Positions 13,801 through 28,100 of a stretch of 64,000 nucleotides of DNA are shown here, one piece after another. The stretch lies in assembly GCF_009914755.1 (NCBI RefSeq), contig NC_060940.1. One strand, given 5' to 3'. The DNA is from the human T2T-CHM13v2.0 reference genome, Homo sapiens. The position numbers and the translations under genes were made by a program. The notes beneath the pieces are model-generated. The model did not search any database and was not told where the DNA came from. It worked only from the letters and a program-made list of their open reading frames with translations. How positions within the stretch are numbered: position 1 is the stretch's first letter; each line of letters begins with the position of its first letter.

Positions 13801-16800
13801 TTCTATGATTCCATTCAATTCCATTCGTTGATGATTCGATTCCATTCAATGATGATTCCATTTGAGTTCATTCGATGATTCTATTCGATTCCGTTCGATG
13901 GTGATTCAATTCTCTTATATTGGATGAATCCACTCGATTCCATTTGATGATTATTCCATTGGAGTCCACTTAGTGAATCCTTCAGATTCTACTCGAAGAT
14001 GATTCCATTCCAGTCCATTCGATGATACCATTCAATTCCATTCGTTGATGCTTCCATTCAAGTGCATTCGATGATATCATTCGATTCCATTTGATGATAA
14101 TTCCATTTGATTCCATGCGATGATTCTATTCGATTCCATTCAATGATAATTCCATTCAGTTCAGTGATTCCTCTGGACTCCATTTGATGATGATTCCATT
14201 CAATGATTCCATTCGATTCTATTCGAAAATGATTCCATTTGAATCCATTTGATGATGATTCCATTAGATTCCATTTGATGATTCCATTCGATTCCATGCG
14301 ACGATGATTCCATTCGATTCCATTTGATGATTCCATTCTATTCTATTCGATGATGATTCCATTCGATTCCATTCGATGATGATTGGATTTGATTCCATTT
14401 GATGATTTCATTTGATTCCATTCGTTAATGATTTCGATCAATTCCATTCGATGATTCCATTCGATTCCATTCGATAATGATTACATCCGTGTCCATTCAA
14501 TGATTCCATTTGAGCCTGTTCGATAATTCCATTTGATTCCAACCAATGATTCCATTCATTTCCATTCAATGATTCCATTCGAGTCCATTTGATCATTCCG
14601 GTAGGGTCCATTCGATGTTGATTCCATTGGAGTGCATTCGATGATTCCATTCGAGTCCATTTTAGGATTTGATTCGAGTCCTTTCGATGATTCCATTCGA
14701 TTCCACTCGATGATGATTTCATTCGAGTCCATTCGACACTTCCAATCGATTCCATTTGATGTTTCCATTCGATTCCAATTGATGATTCCATTCAATTCCA
14801 TTCGATGATGATTCCGTACGATTCCATTCTGTGATGATTCCATGTGATTGCATTCAATGATGATTCCTTTCGATTGCATTCGATTATGATTCATTTCGTG
14901 TTCATTCTATGGTTCCACAGGTTTCCATTCGATGATGTTTCCATTCGTGTCCATTCCATTATTCCTTTCTATTCCATTTGAAGATGATTCCATTCGATTC
15001 CATTCATTGGTGATTCCACTCAATTCCATTCAATGATTCCATTCCATATCTTTCAACAATGATTCCATTAGTTTCTATTCGATGATCCACTTGATTCCAT
15101 TTGACGATGATTCCATTCGTGTCCATTCGATGATTCCATTTGATTCCATATGATGATGATTCCATTCGATTCCATACGATGATGATTCCATTCGAGTCCA
15201 TTCAATGGTGATTCCATTCAATTCCATTCGATGATTCCTTTCGATTCCATTCAATGATGATGGCATTCGATTCCTTTCGATCATTCCCTTTGATTCCATT
15301 CAAAGGTGATTTCATTCAAGTCCATTCGATAATTGCATTCGATTCCATTCTATGATGATTCCATTCGAGTCCATTCGATGATTCCATTCGAGTCCATTTA
15401 ATGATTCCATTGGGTTCAATTCAATGATGATTACATTGGATTCCGTTCTATGATTCCATTCAATTCCGTTCATTGACAATTTGATTCCATTCGATGATGA
15501 TTCCATTTGAGTTCATTCGATGATTCTATTTGATTCTCTTCGATGGTGATTCAATTCTATTATATTGGATGATTCCATTCGATTCCATTTGATGTTGATT
15601 CAATTCGATTCTATTCGATGATGATTCCATTGGATTTCACTTGATGATTCTATTCGATTCCATTCAATGATGATTCACTTCTCGTCCATTGGATGATTCC
15701 ATTTCATTCCATTCGATGATGATTCCATTCGATTCCATTTGATGATTCCATTTGATTCCATGTGTCGGTGAGCAATTCGATTCAATTCCATGATGATTCT
15801 ATTTGATTCAATTAGATGATGTTTCCATTCGAATCCATTCCATGATTATTCCATTGGAATCCATTCGGCGATGATTCCATATGAGTCAATTCAATGATGA
15901 TTCCATATGGGTCCGTTCGATGATAATTCCATTTGATTTCATTCGGTGCTTCTATTCAATTCCAGTCGATGATGATTCCGTTGGAGTCCATACGATGATT
16001 CCATTTGATTTCATTTGATGATGATTCCATTCGATGATGATTACATTGGATTCCAGTCTATGATTCCATTCAATTCCATTCGTTGATGATTCGATTCCAT
16101 TCAATGATGATTCCATTTGAGTTCATTCGATGATTCTATTCGATTCCATTCGATGGTGATTCAATTCTCTTATATTGGATGAATCCACTCGATTCCATTT
16201 GATGATTATTCCATTGGAGTCCACTTAGTGAATCCTTCAGATTCTACTCGAAGATGATTCCATTCCAGTCCATTCGATGATACCATTCAATTCCATTCGT
16301 TGATGCTTCCATTCAAGTGCATTCGATGATATCATTCGATTCCATTTGATGATAATTCCATTTGATTCCATGCGATGATTCTATTCGATTCCATTCAATG
16401 ATAATTCCATTCAGTTCAGTGATTCCTCTGGACTCCATTTGATGATGATTCCATTCAATGATTCCATTCGATTCTATTCGAAAATGATTCCATTTGAATC
16501 CATTTGATGATGATTCCATTAGATTCCATTTGATGATTCCATTCGATTCCATGCGACGATGATTCCATTCGATTCCATTTGATGATTCCATTCTATTCTA
16601 TTCGATGATGATTCCATTCGATTCCATTCGATGATGATTGGATTTGATTCCATTTGATGATTTCATTTGATTCCATTCGTTAATGATTTCGATCAATTCC
16701 ATTCGATGATTCCATTCGATTCCATTCGATAATGATTACATCCGTGTCCATTCAATGATTCCATTTGAGCCTGTTCGATAATTCCATTTGATTCCAACCA

Positions 16801-19800
16801 ATGATTCCATTCATTTCCATTCAATGATTCCATTCGAGTCCATTTGATCATTCCGGTAGGGTCCATTCGATGTTGATTCCATTGGAGTGCATTCGATGAT
16901 TCCATTCGAGTCCATTTTAGGATTTGATTCGAGTCCTTTCGATGATTCCATTCGATTCCACTCGATGATGATTTCATTCGAGTCCATTCGACACTTCCAA
17001 TCGATTCCATTTGATGTTTCCATTCGATTCCAATTGATGATTCCATTCAATTCCATTCGATGATGATTCCGTACGATTCCATTCTGTGATGATTCCATGT
17101 GATTGCATTCAATGATGATTCCTTTCGATTGCATTCGATTATGATTCATTTCGTGTTCATTCTATGGTTCCACAGGTTTCCATTCGATGATGTTTCCATT
17201 CGTGTCCATTCCATTATTCCTTTCTATTCCATTTGAAGATGATTCCATTCGATTCCATTCATTGGTGATTCCACTCAATTCCATTCAATGATTCCATTCC
17301 ATTTCTTTCAACAATGATTCCATTAGTTTCTATTCGATGATCCACTTGATTCCATTTGACGATGATTCCATTCGTGTCCATTCGATGATTCCATTTGATT
17401 CCATATGATGATGATTCCATTCGATTCCATACGATGATGATTCCATTCGAGTCCATTCAATGGTGATTCCATTCAATTCCATTCGATGATTCCTTTCGAT
17501 TCCATTCAATGATGATGGCATTCGATTCCTTTCGATCATTCCCTTTGATTCCATTCAAAGGTGATTTCATTCAAGTCCATTCGATAATTGCATTCGATTC
17601 CATTCTATGATGATTCCATTCGAGTCCATTCGATGATTCCATTCGAGTCCATTTAATGATTCCATTGGGTTCAATTCAATGATGATTACATTGGATTCCG
17701 TTCTATGATTCCATTCAATTCCGTTCATTGACAATTTGATTCCATTCGATGATGATTCCATTTGAGTTCATTCGATGATTCTATTTGATTCTCTTCGATG
17801 GTGATTCAATTCTATTATATTGGATGATTCCATTCGATTCCATTTGATGTTGATTCAATTCGATTCTATTCGATGATGATTCCATTGGATTTCACTTGAT
17901 GATTCTATTCGATTCCATTCAATGATGATTCACTTCTCGTCCATTGGATGATTCCATTTCATTCCATTCGATGATGATTCCATTCGATTCCATTCGATGA
18001 TTCCATTTGATTCCATGCGTCGGTGAGCAATTCGATTCAATTCCATGATGATTCTATTTGATTCAATTAGATGATGTTTCCATTCGAATCCATTCCATGA
18101 TTATTCCATTGGAATCCATTCGGCGATGATTCCATATGAGTCAATTCAATGATGATTCCATATGGGTCCGTTCGATGATAATTCCATTTGATTTCATTCG
18201 GTGCTTCTATTCAATTCCAGTCGATGATGATTCCGTTGGAGTCCATACGATGATTCCATTTGATTTCATTTGATGATGATTCCATTCGATGATGATTACA
18301 TTGGATTCCATTCTATGATTCCATTCAATTCCATTCGTTGATGATTCGATTCCATTCAATGATGATTCCATTTGAGTTCATTCGATGATTCTATTCGATT
18401 CCGTTCGATGGTGATTCAATTCTCTTATATTGGATGAATCCACTCGATTCCATTTGATGATTATTCCATTGGAGTCCACTTAGTGAATCCTTCAGATTCT
18501 ACTCGAAGATGATTCCATTCCAGTCCATTCGATGATACCATTCAATTCCATTCGTTGATGCTTCCATTCAAGTGCATTCGATGATATCATTCGATTCCAT
18601 TTGATGATAATTCCATTTGATTCCATGCGATGATTCTATTCGATTCCATTCAATGATAATTCCATTCAGTTCAGTGATTCCTCTGGACTCCATTTGATGA
18701 TGATTCCATTCAATGATTCCATTCGATTCTATTCGAAAATGATTCCATTTGAATCCATTTGATGATGATTCCATTAGATTCCATTTGATGATTCCATTCG
18801 ATTCCATGCGACGATGATTCCATTCGATTCCATTTGATGATTCCATTCTATTCTATTCGATGATGATTCCATTCGATTCCATTCGATGATGATTGGATTT
18901 GATTCCATTTGATGATTTCATTTGATTCCATTCGTTAATGATTTCGATCAATTCCATTCGATGATTCCATTCGATTCCATTCGATAATGATTACATCCGT
19001 GTCCATTCAATGATTCCATTTGAGCCTGTTCGATAATTCCATTTGATTCCAACCAATGATTCCATTCATTTCCATTCAATGATTCCATTCGAGTCCATTT
19101 GATCATTCCGGTAGGGTCCATTCGATGTTGATTCCATTGGAGTGCATTCGATGATTCCATTCGAGTCCATTTTAGGATTTGATTCGAGTCCTTTCGATGA
19201 TTCCATTCGATTCCACTCGATGATGATTTCATTCGAGTCCATTCGACACTTCCAATCGATTCCATTTGATGTTTCCATTCGATTCCAATTGATGATTCCA
19301 TTCAATTCCATTCGATGATGATTCCGTACGATTCCATTCTGTGATGATTCCATGTGATTGCATTCAATGATGATTCCTTTCGATTGCATTCGATTATGAT
19401 TCATTTCGTGTTCATTCTATGGTTCCACAGGTTTCCATTCGATGATGTTTCCATTCGTGTCCATTCCATTATTCCTTTCTATTCCATTTGAAGATGATTC
19501 CATTCGATTCCATTCATTGGTGATTCCACTCAATTCCATTCAATGATTCCATTCCATTTCTTTCAACAATGATTCCATTAGTTTCTATTCGATGATCCAC
19601 TTGATTCCATTTGACGATGATTCCATTCGTGTCCATTCGATGATTCCATTTGATTCCATATGATGATGATTCCATTCGATTCCATACGATGATGATTCCA
19701 TTCGAGTCCATTCAATGGTGATTCCATTCAATTCCATTCGATGATTCCTTTCGATTCCATTCAATGATGATGGCATTCGATTCCTTTCGATCATTCCCTT

Positions 19801-22140
19801 TGATTCCATTCAAAGGTGATTTCATTCAAGTCCATTCGATAATTGCATTCGATTCCATTCTATGATGATTCCATTCGAGTCCATTCGATGATTCCATTCG
19901 AGTCCATTTAATGATTCCATTGGGTTCAATTCAATGATGATTACATTGGATTCCGTTCTATGATTCCATTCAATTCCGTTCATTGACAATTTGATTCCAT
20001 TCGATGATGATTCCATTTGAGTTCATTCGATGATTCTATTTGATTCTCTTCGATGGTGATTCAATTCTATTATATTGGATGATTCCATTCGATTCCATTT
20101 GATGTTGATTCAATTCGATTCTATTCGATGATGATTCCATTGGATTTCACTTGATGATTCTATTCGATTCCATTCAATGATGATTCACTTCTCGTCCATT
20201 GGATGATTCCATTTCATTCCATTCGATGATGATTCCATTCGATTCCATTTGATGATTCCATTTGATTCCATGTGTCGGTGAGCAATTCGATTCAATTCCA
20301 TGATGATTCTATTTGATTCAATTAGATGATGTTTCCATTCGAATCCATTCCATGATTATTCCATTGGAATCCATTCGGCGATGATTCCATATGAGTCAAT
20401 TCAATGATGATTCCATATGGGTCCGTTCGATGATAATTCCATTTGATTTCATTCGGTGCTTCTATTCAATTCCAGTCGATGATGATTCCGTTGGAGTCCA
20501 TACGATGATTCCATTTGATTTCATTTGATGATGATTCCATTCGATGATGATTACATTGGATTCCAGTCTATGATTCCATTCAATTCCATTCGTTGATGAT
20601 TCGATTCCATTCAATGATGATTCCATTTGAGTTCATTCGATGATTCTATTCGATTCCGTTCGATGGTGATTCAATTCTCTTATATTGGATGAATCCACTC
20701 GATTCCATTTGATGATTATTCCATTGGAGTCCACTTAGTGAATCCTTCAGATTCTACTCGAAGATGATTCCATTCCAGTCCATTCGATGATACCATTCAA
20801 TTCCATTCGTTGATGCTTCCATTCAAGTGCATTCGATGATATCATTCGATTCCATTTGATGATAATTCCATTTGATTCCATGCGATGATTCTATTCGATT
20901 CCATTCAATGATAATTCCATTCAGTTCAGTGATTCCTCTGGACTCCATTTGATGATGATTCCATTCAATGATTCCATTCGATTCTATTCGAAAATGATTC
21001 CATTTGAATCCATTTGATGATGATTCCATTAGATTCCATTTGATGATTCCATTCGATTCCATGCGACGATGATTCCATTCGATTCCATTTGATGATTCCA
21101 TTCTATTCTATTCGATGATGATTCCATTCGATTCCATTCGATGATGATTGGATTTGATTCCATTTGATGATTTCATTTGATTCCATTCGTTAATGATTTT
21201 GATCAATTCCATTCGATGATTCCATTCGATTCCATTCGATAATGATTACATCCGTGTCCATTCAATGATTCCATTTGAGCCTGTTCGATAATTCCATTTG
21301 AGTCCAACCAATGATTCCATTCATTTCCATTCAATGATTCCATTCGAGTCCATTTGACCATTCCGGTAGGGTCCATTCGATGTTGATTCCATTGGAGTGC
21401 ATTCGATGATTCCATTCGAGTCCATTTTATGATTTGATTCGAGTCCTTTCGATGATTCCATTCGATTCCACTCAATGATGATTTCATTCGAGTCCATTCG
21501 ACACTTCCAATCGATTCCATTTGATGTTTCCATTCGAGTCCAATTGATGATTCCATTCAATTCCATTCGATGATGATTCCGTACGATTCCATTCTGTGAT
21601 GATTCCATGTGATTGCATTCAATGATGATTCCTTTAGATTGCATTCGATTGTGATTCATTTCGTCTTCATTCTATGGTTCCACAGGCTTCCATTCGATGA
21701 CGTTTCCATTCGTGTCCATTCCATTATTCCATTCTATTTCATTTGATGATGATTCCATTCGATTCCATTCATTGGTGATTCCACTCAATTCCATTCAATG
21801 ATTCCATTCCATTTCTTTCAACAATGATTCCATTAGTTTCTATTCGATGATCCACTTGATTCCATTTGGCGATGATTCCATTCGTGTCCATTCGATGATT
21901 CCATTTGATTCCATATGATGATGATTCCATTCGATTCCATACCATGATGATTCCATTCGAGTCCATTCAATGGTGATTCCATTCAATTCCATTCGATGAT
22001 TCCTTCCGATTCCATTCGATGATGATGGCATTCGATTCCTTTCAATCATTCCCTTTGATTCCATTCAAAGGTGATTTCATTCAAGTCCATTCGATAATTG
22101 CATTCGATTCCATTCTATGATGATTCCATTCGAGTCCATT
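10866..22140 (+). repeat. Tandem array of five 2,255 bp units
   Basis: TCCATTGGGTTCAATT at 10896, 13151, 15406, 17661, 19916; ORFs at 11803, 14058, 16313, 18568, 20823; unit boundaries about 10866, 13121, 15376, 17631, 19886, 22141. Confidence 0.95.
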
Positions 22141-25100
22141 TGATGATTCCATTCAATTCAAGTCAATGATGATTCCATTCGATTCCACTCGATGATTCCA
22201 TTGGATTCCATTCGATGATGATTCCATTCAAATCCATTCGATAATTCAATTCAAGTCCATTCGATGATGATTCCAATCGAATCCATTCAAAGATTCCATT
22301 CAATTCCATTTGATGATGATTCCCTTAGATTCCATTCGATGATTCCACTTGATTCCATTTACGATGATTCCATTCGATTCCATGTGATGAATCCATTCAA
22401 TTCTATTCAATGATGTTTCCATTTGATTCCATTGGATCATGATTGCCTTTGATTCCATTCAATGATTCCATTCGGTTCCATTTGATGATGATTCCGTTCG
22501 ATTCCATTTCATTATTCCATTTGATTCCATTGGATGAGTCCATTCGATTACATTCGATGATTATTCCATTCGAGTGCATTAGATGATTGCATTCGAGTCC
22601 ATTCGATGATTCCATTCGATTCCATTCGATGTTGATTCTGTTCAAATCCATTCGATGATTCCACTCGATTCCATTCGATGACTCCATTTGATCCCATTCG
22701 ATGATTTCCTGTGATTCCCTTTGATGATCATTCTATTTGATTCAATTCGGTGATTTCATTTCATTCCATTCAGTGATGTTTCCATTCGACTGTATTCGAT
22801 GATGATTCCATTCGACTCCATTCGATTATGATTTCATTCAATTCCATTCAATAATGATTCCCTTCGAGTCCATTCGATGATTCCATTCGATTCCATTCAA
22901 CGATGATTTGATTCGTTTCCATTCGATGATTCCATTTGATTCCACTTGATGATGATTCCATTCGAGTCCATTTGATGATTCCATTCGAGTCTATTTATGT
23001 ATTATATTCGTGTCCACTTCATGATTCCATTCAATTCCATTTAATGTTGATTCCATTTGATTCCATTTGATGATTCAGTTCGATTCCTTGCAATGATTCC
23101 CTTCGATTCCTTTCTATGATGATTCCATTCGATTCCATTCATTGATGATTTCATTCGACTCCATTCGATGATGATTCCTTTCGATTCCATTTGACGATGT
23201 TTCCATTCGAGTCCATTCGATGATGATTCTATTCAATTCTTTTCTATTATGATTCCATTCGATTTCATTCAATGCTTCTATTTGATTCCATTCGATGATG
23301 ATTCCATCTCTTTCCCTTCGATGATTCCATTTGATTCCATTCAGTGATGATTCCATTTGATTCCATCTGATGATGATTTCACTTGATTCCTTTCAATGAT
23401 GATTCAATTCAAGTCCATTCGATGATTCCATTGGAGTCCAAACGATCATTCCGTTCGATTCCATTCAATGGTGATTCCATTCATGTCCATTCGATGAATC
23501 CATTCAATTCCATTCGATGATGACTCCATTCGAGTACATTCGATGATTCCATTTGATTCCATTTGAAGATGATTCCATTCAATTCCATTCGAAGATGATT
23601 CCATTCAATTCCATTCGATGATGATTCCGTATGAATCCATTCTCTGATTATTCCATTCGATTCCATTCATTGACGATTCCATTCAATTCCATTCAATGAT
23701 GATTCTCTTCTATTCCATTCGATGATTCCGGTCGATTCCATTCGATGATGATTCCATTAGATTCCATTCGATTGTTGCATTCGATTCCCTTCGATGATGA
23801 TTCCTTTGAATTCCATTCGATTATCATTCCGTATGAATCCATTTGATGATTATTCCATTGGATTCCTTTCGATGATGATTCCATTCGATTCCATTTGATG
23901 ATGTTTCTCTTGTATTCCATTGGATAATTCCTTTCAGTTCCCTTCGATGATTATTCTTTCGAGTCAATTCGATGATTCTATTCCATTCCCTTCGATGATG
24001 ATTCCATTTCACTCCATTTGATGATTCCATTCGACTCAATTTGGTGATGATTCAATTCGATGACATTCGATGACTCCATTCAATTTCATTTGATGATGAT
24101 TACATTCGAGTCCATTTGATGATTGTATTCCTTTCCTTTTGATGATTATTCCATTCGTGTCTATTCAAAGGTTCCATTCTATTCCATTCAATGATGATTG
24201 CATTTGATTCCATTCAATGATTATGGCTATCGATTCCACTCGTTGATTCCATTTGATTCCGTTCGATGATTATTCCGTTAGATTCCATTAGAAGATTCCA
24301 TTCGATTTTATTCAATGATTCCAATGGATTCCATTCAATGATGATTCCATTCGACTCCATTCAGTGATTCCATTCGAGTCCATTTGATGATTCCATTCTT
24401 TTCCATTTGATGATGATTCCATTAGGGTCCATTCAATGATTCCATTCGAGTCCATTCGTTAATGCCTTTCGAGTCCTTTTGATCACTACATTCGAGTCCA
24501 TTCAATGATTCTATTCGATTCCATTCCATGATGATTCCATTCGAGTTCATTCGATGATTGCATTCGAGTCCATTTGATGATTCCATATGATTCCATTCGA
24601 CAATGATTCCATTCGTGTCCATTTGATGATTCCATTCATTTCCTATCGATGAAGATTCCATTCAAGTGTATTCGATGATTCCATTCAAATCCATTCGATG
24701 ATGATTCCATTCCAGTCCATTCGATCATTCCACTTGATTCCATTTGATGACTATTCCATTCAAATCCATTTGATGATTCCATTCGATTCCATTCGATGTT
24801 ACCATTCGAGTATATACGATGATTCCACTCGATTCCATTTGATGATTATTCCATTGGAGTCCACTTAGTGAATCCTTTAGATTCTACTGGAAGATGATTC
24901 CATTCGAGTCCATTCGATGATACCATTCAATTCCATTCGTTGATGCTTCCATTCAAGTGCATTCGATGATATCATTCGATTCCATTTGATGATAATTCCA
25001 TTTGATTCCATGCGATGATTCTATTCGATTCCATTCAATGATAATTCCATTCAATTCAGTGATTCCTCTGGACTCCATTTGATGATGATTCCATTCAATG

Positions 25101-28100
25101 ATTCCATTCGATTCTATTCGAAAATGATTCCATTTGAATCCATTTGATGATGATTCCATTGGATTCCATTTGATGATTCCATTCGATTCCATTCGATGAT
25201 GATTCCATTCGATTCCTTTTGATGAATCCATTGTATTGTATTCGATGATGATTCCATTCGATTCCATTCGATGATGATTGGATTCGATTCCATTTGATGA
25301 TTTCATTTGATTCCATTCGATAATGATTTCGATCAATTCCATTCGATGATTCCATTCGATTCCATTCGATAATGATTACATCCGAGTCCATTCGATGATT
25401 CCATTTGAGCCCGTTCGATAATTCCATTTGAGTCCAATCAATGATTCCATTCATTTCCATTCAATGATTCCATTCGAGTCCATTTGATCATTCCGGTAGG
25501 GTCCGTTCGATGTTGATTCCATTGGAGTGCATTCGATGATTCCATTCGAGTCCATTTTATGATTTGATTCGAGTCCTTTCGATGATTCCATTCGATTCCA
25601 CTCGATGATTTCATTCGAGTCCATTCGACACTTCCAATCGATTCCATTTGATGTTTCCATTCGATTCCAATTGATGATTCCATTCAATTCCATTCGATGA
25701 TGATTCCGTACGATTCCATTCTGTGATGATTCCATGTGATTGCATTCAATGATGATTCCTTTCGATTGCATTCGATTATGATTCATTTCGTGTTCATTCT
25801 ATGGTTCCACAGGTTTCCATTCGATGATGTTTCCTTTCGTGTCCATTCCATTATTCCATTCTATTCCATTTGAAGATGATTCCATTCGATTCCATTCATT
25901 GGTGATTCCACTCAATTTCATTCAATGATTCCATTCCTTTTCTTTCAACAATGATTCCATTAGTTTCTATTCGATGATCCACTTGATTCCATTTGACGAT
26001 GATTCCATTCGTGTCCATTCGATGATTCCATTTGATTCCATATGATGATGATTCCATTCGATTCCATACGATGATGATTCCATTCGAGTCCATTCAATGG
26101 TGATTCCATTCAATTCCATTCGATGATTCCTTTCGATTCCATTCAATGATGATGGCATTCGATTCCTTTCGATCATTCCCTTTGATTCCATTCAAAGGTG
26201 ATTTCATTCAAGTCCATTCGATAATTGCATTCGATTCCATTCTATGATGATTCCATTCGAGTCCATTTGATGATTCCATTCAATTCAAGTCAATGATGAT
26301 TCCATTCGATTCCACTCGATGATTCCATTGGATTCCATTCGATGATGATTCCATTCAAATCCATTCGATAATTCAATTCAAGTCCATTCGATGATGATTC
26401 CAATCGAATCCATTCAAAGATTCCACTCCATTCCATTCGATGATGATTCCCTTAGATTCCATTCGATGATTCCACTTGATTCCATTTACGATGATTCCAT
26501 TCGATTCCATGTGATGATTCCATTCAATTCTATTTAATGATGTTTCCACTTGATTCCATTCGTACATGATTGCCTTTGATTCCATTCAATGATTCCATAC
26601 GGTTCCATTTGATGATGATTCCATTCGAGTGCATTAGATGATTCCATTCGAGTCCATTCGATGATTCCATTCGATTCCATTCGATGTTGATTCTGTTCAA
26701 ATCCATTCGATGATTCCACTCGATTCCATTCGATGACTCCATTTGATCCCATTCGATGATTTCCTTTGATTCCCTTTGATGATCATTCCATTTGATTCAA
26801 TTCGGTGATTTCATTTGATTCCATTCAGTGATGATTCCATTCAACTCCTTTCGATGATGATTCCATTCGAATCCATTCGATTATGATTTCATTCAATTCC
26901 ATTCGATAATGATTCCCTTCAAGTCCATTCGATGATTCCATTCGATTCCATTCAACGATGATTTGATTCGTGTCCATTCGATGATTCCATTTGATTCCAT
27001 TTGATGATGATTCCATTCGAGTCCCTTTGATGATTCCATTCAATTCCATTCTCCGATGATTTCTTTTGAGCCCATTCAATGCTTCCACTCGATTCCATAT
27101 GATGATGACTCCATTTGATGAAATTCCATGATGATTCCATTCGCTTGCATTCGATGATGATTCCACTTGAGTCCGTTAGAAGATTCTATTCAATTACATT
27201 CCATGACGATTCTGTTCGAGTCCATTTGATGATTCCATTAGACTCCATTCGACGATGATTCCATTCGATGTTATTCGATGATGATTCCATTCAACTCCAT
27301 TCGATGTTTCCATTCGAGTTCATTCTATTATTCCATTAGATTCCATTCGATGATGATTCCATTCGATTCCATTTGATGATTGCATTCTATTTCATTTGAT
27401 GATGATTCCATTCGAGTCCATTCGATGATTCCATTCGAGTCCATTTAATGAATCCATTGGTTTCAATTCTATGATGATTACATTGGATTCCATTCGTTGA
27501 TGATTTCATTCGATTCCATTCAATGATGATTCCATTCAATTCCATTCAATGATTCCATTCAATTCCATACGATGATGATTCCATTTGATTTGATTCGACA
27601 GTGAGCCATTCGATTCAATTCCATGATGATTCTATTTGATTCAATTGGTTGACATTTCCATTCGATTCCATTCGATGATGATTCCATTTGATTCCATTCA
27701 AAGATGATTCCATTCTAGCCCATTCAATCATTCCATTCGATTCTATTCAATGATGATTCCATTCATGTCGATTTGGTGATTCCATTTGACTTCATTTGAT
27801 GATGATTCCTTTCAAGTTCATTAGATGATTCCATTCGATTCCATTTGATGATGATCCCATTCGAGTCCATTCAGTGATTCCACTCGTTTCCATTCCATGA
27901 TGATTCCATTCCATTCCATTCAATGATTCCATTCGATTCCGTTTGATGATGATTTCATTCGAGTCCATTTGATGATTCCATTTGATTCCATTCGATGATG
28001 ATTACATTCGAGTCCATACGATGATTCCACTCAATTCCATATGATGATGATTCCATTCGATTCCATTCGATGATTCCATTCTATTCTATTCAATGGTGAT

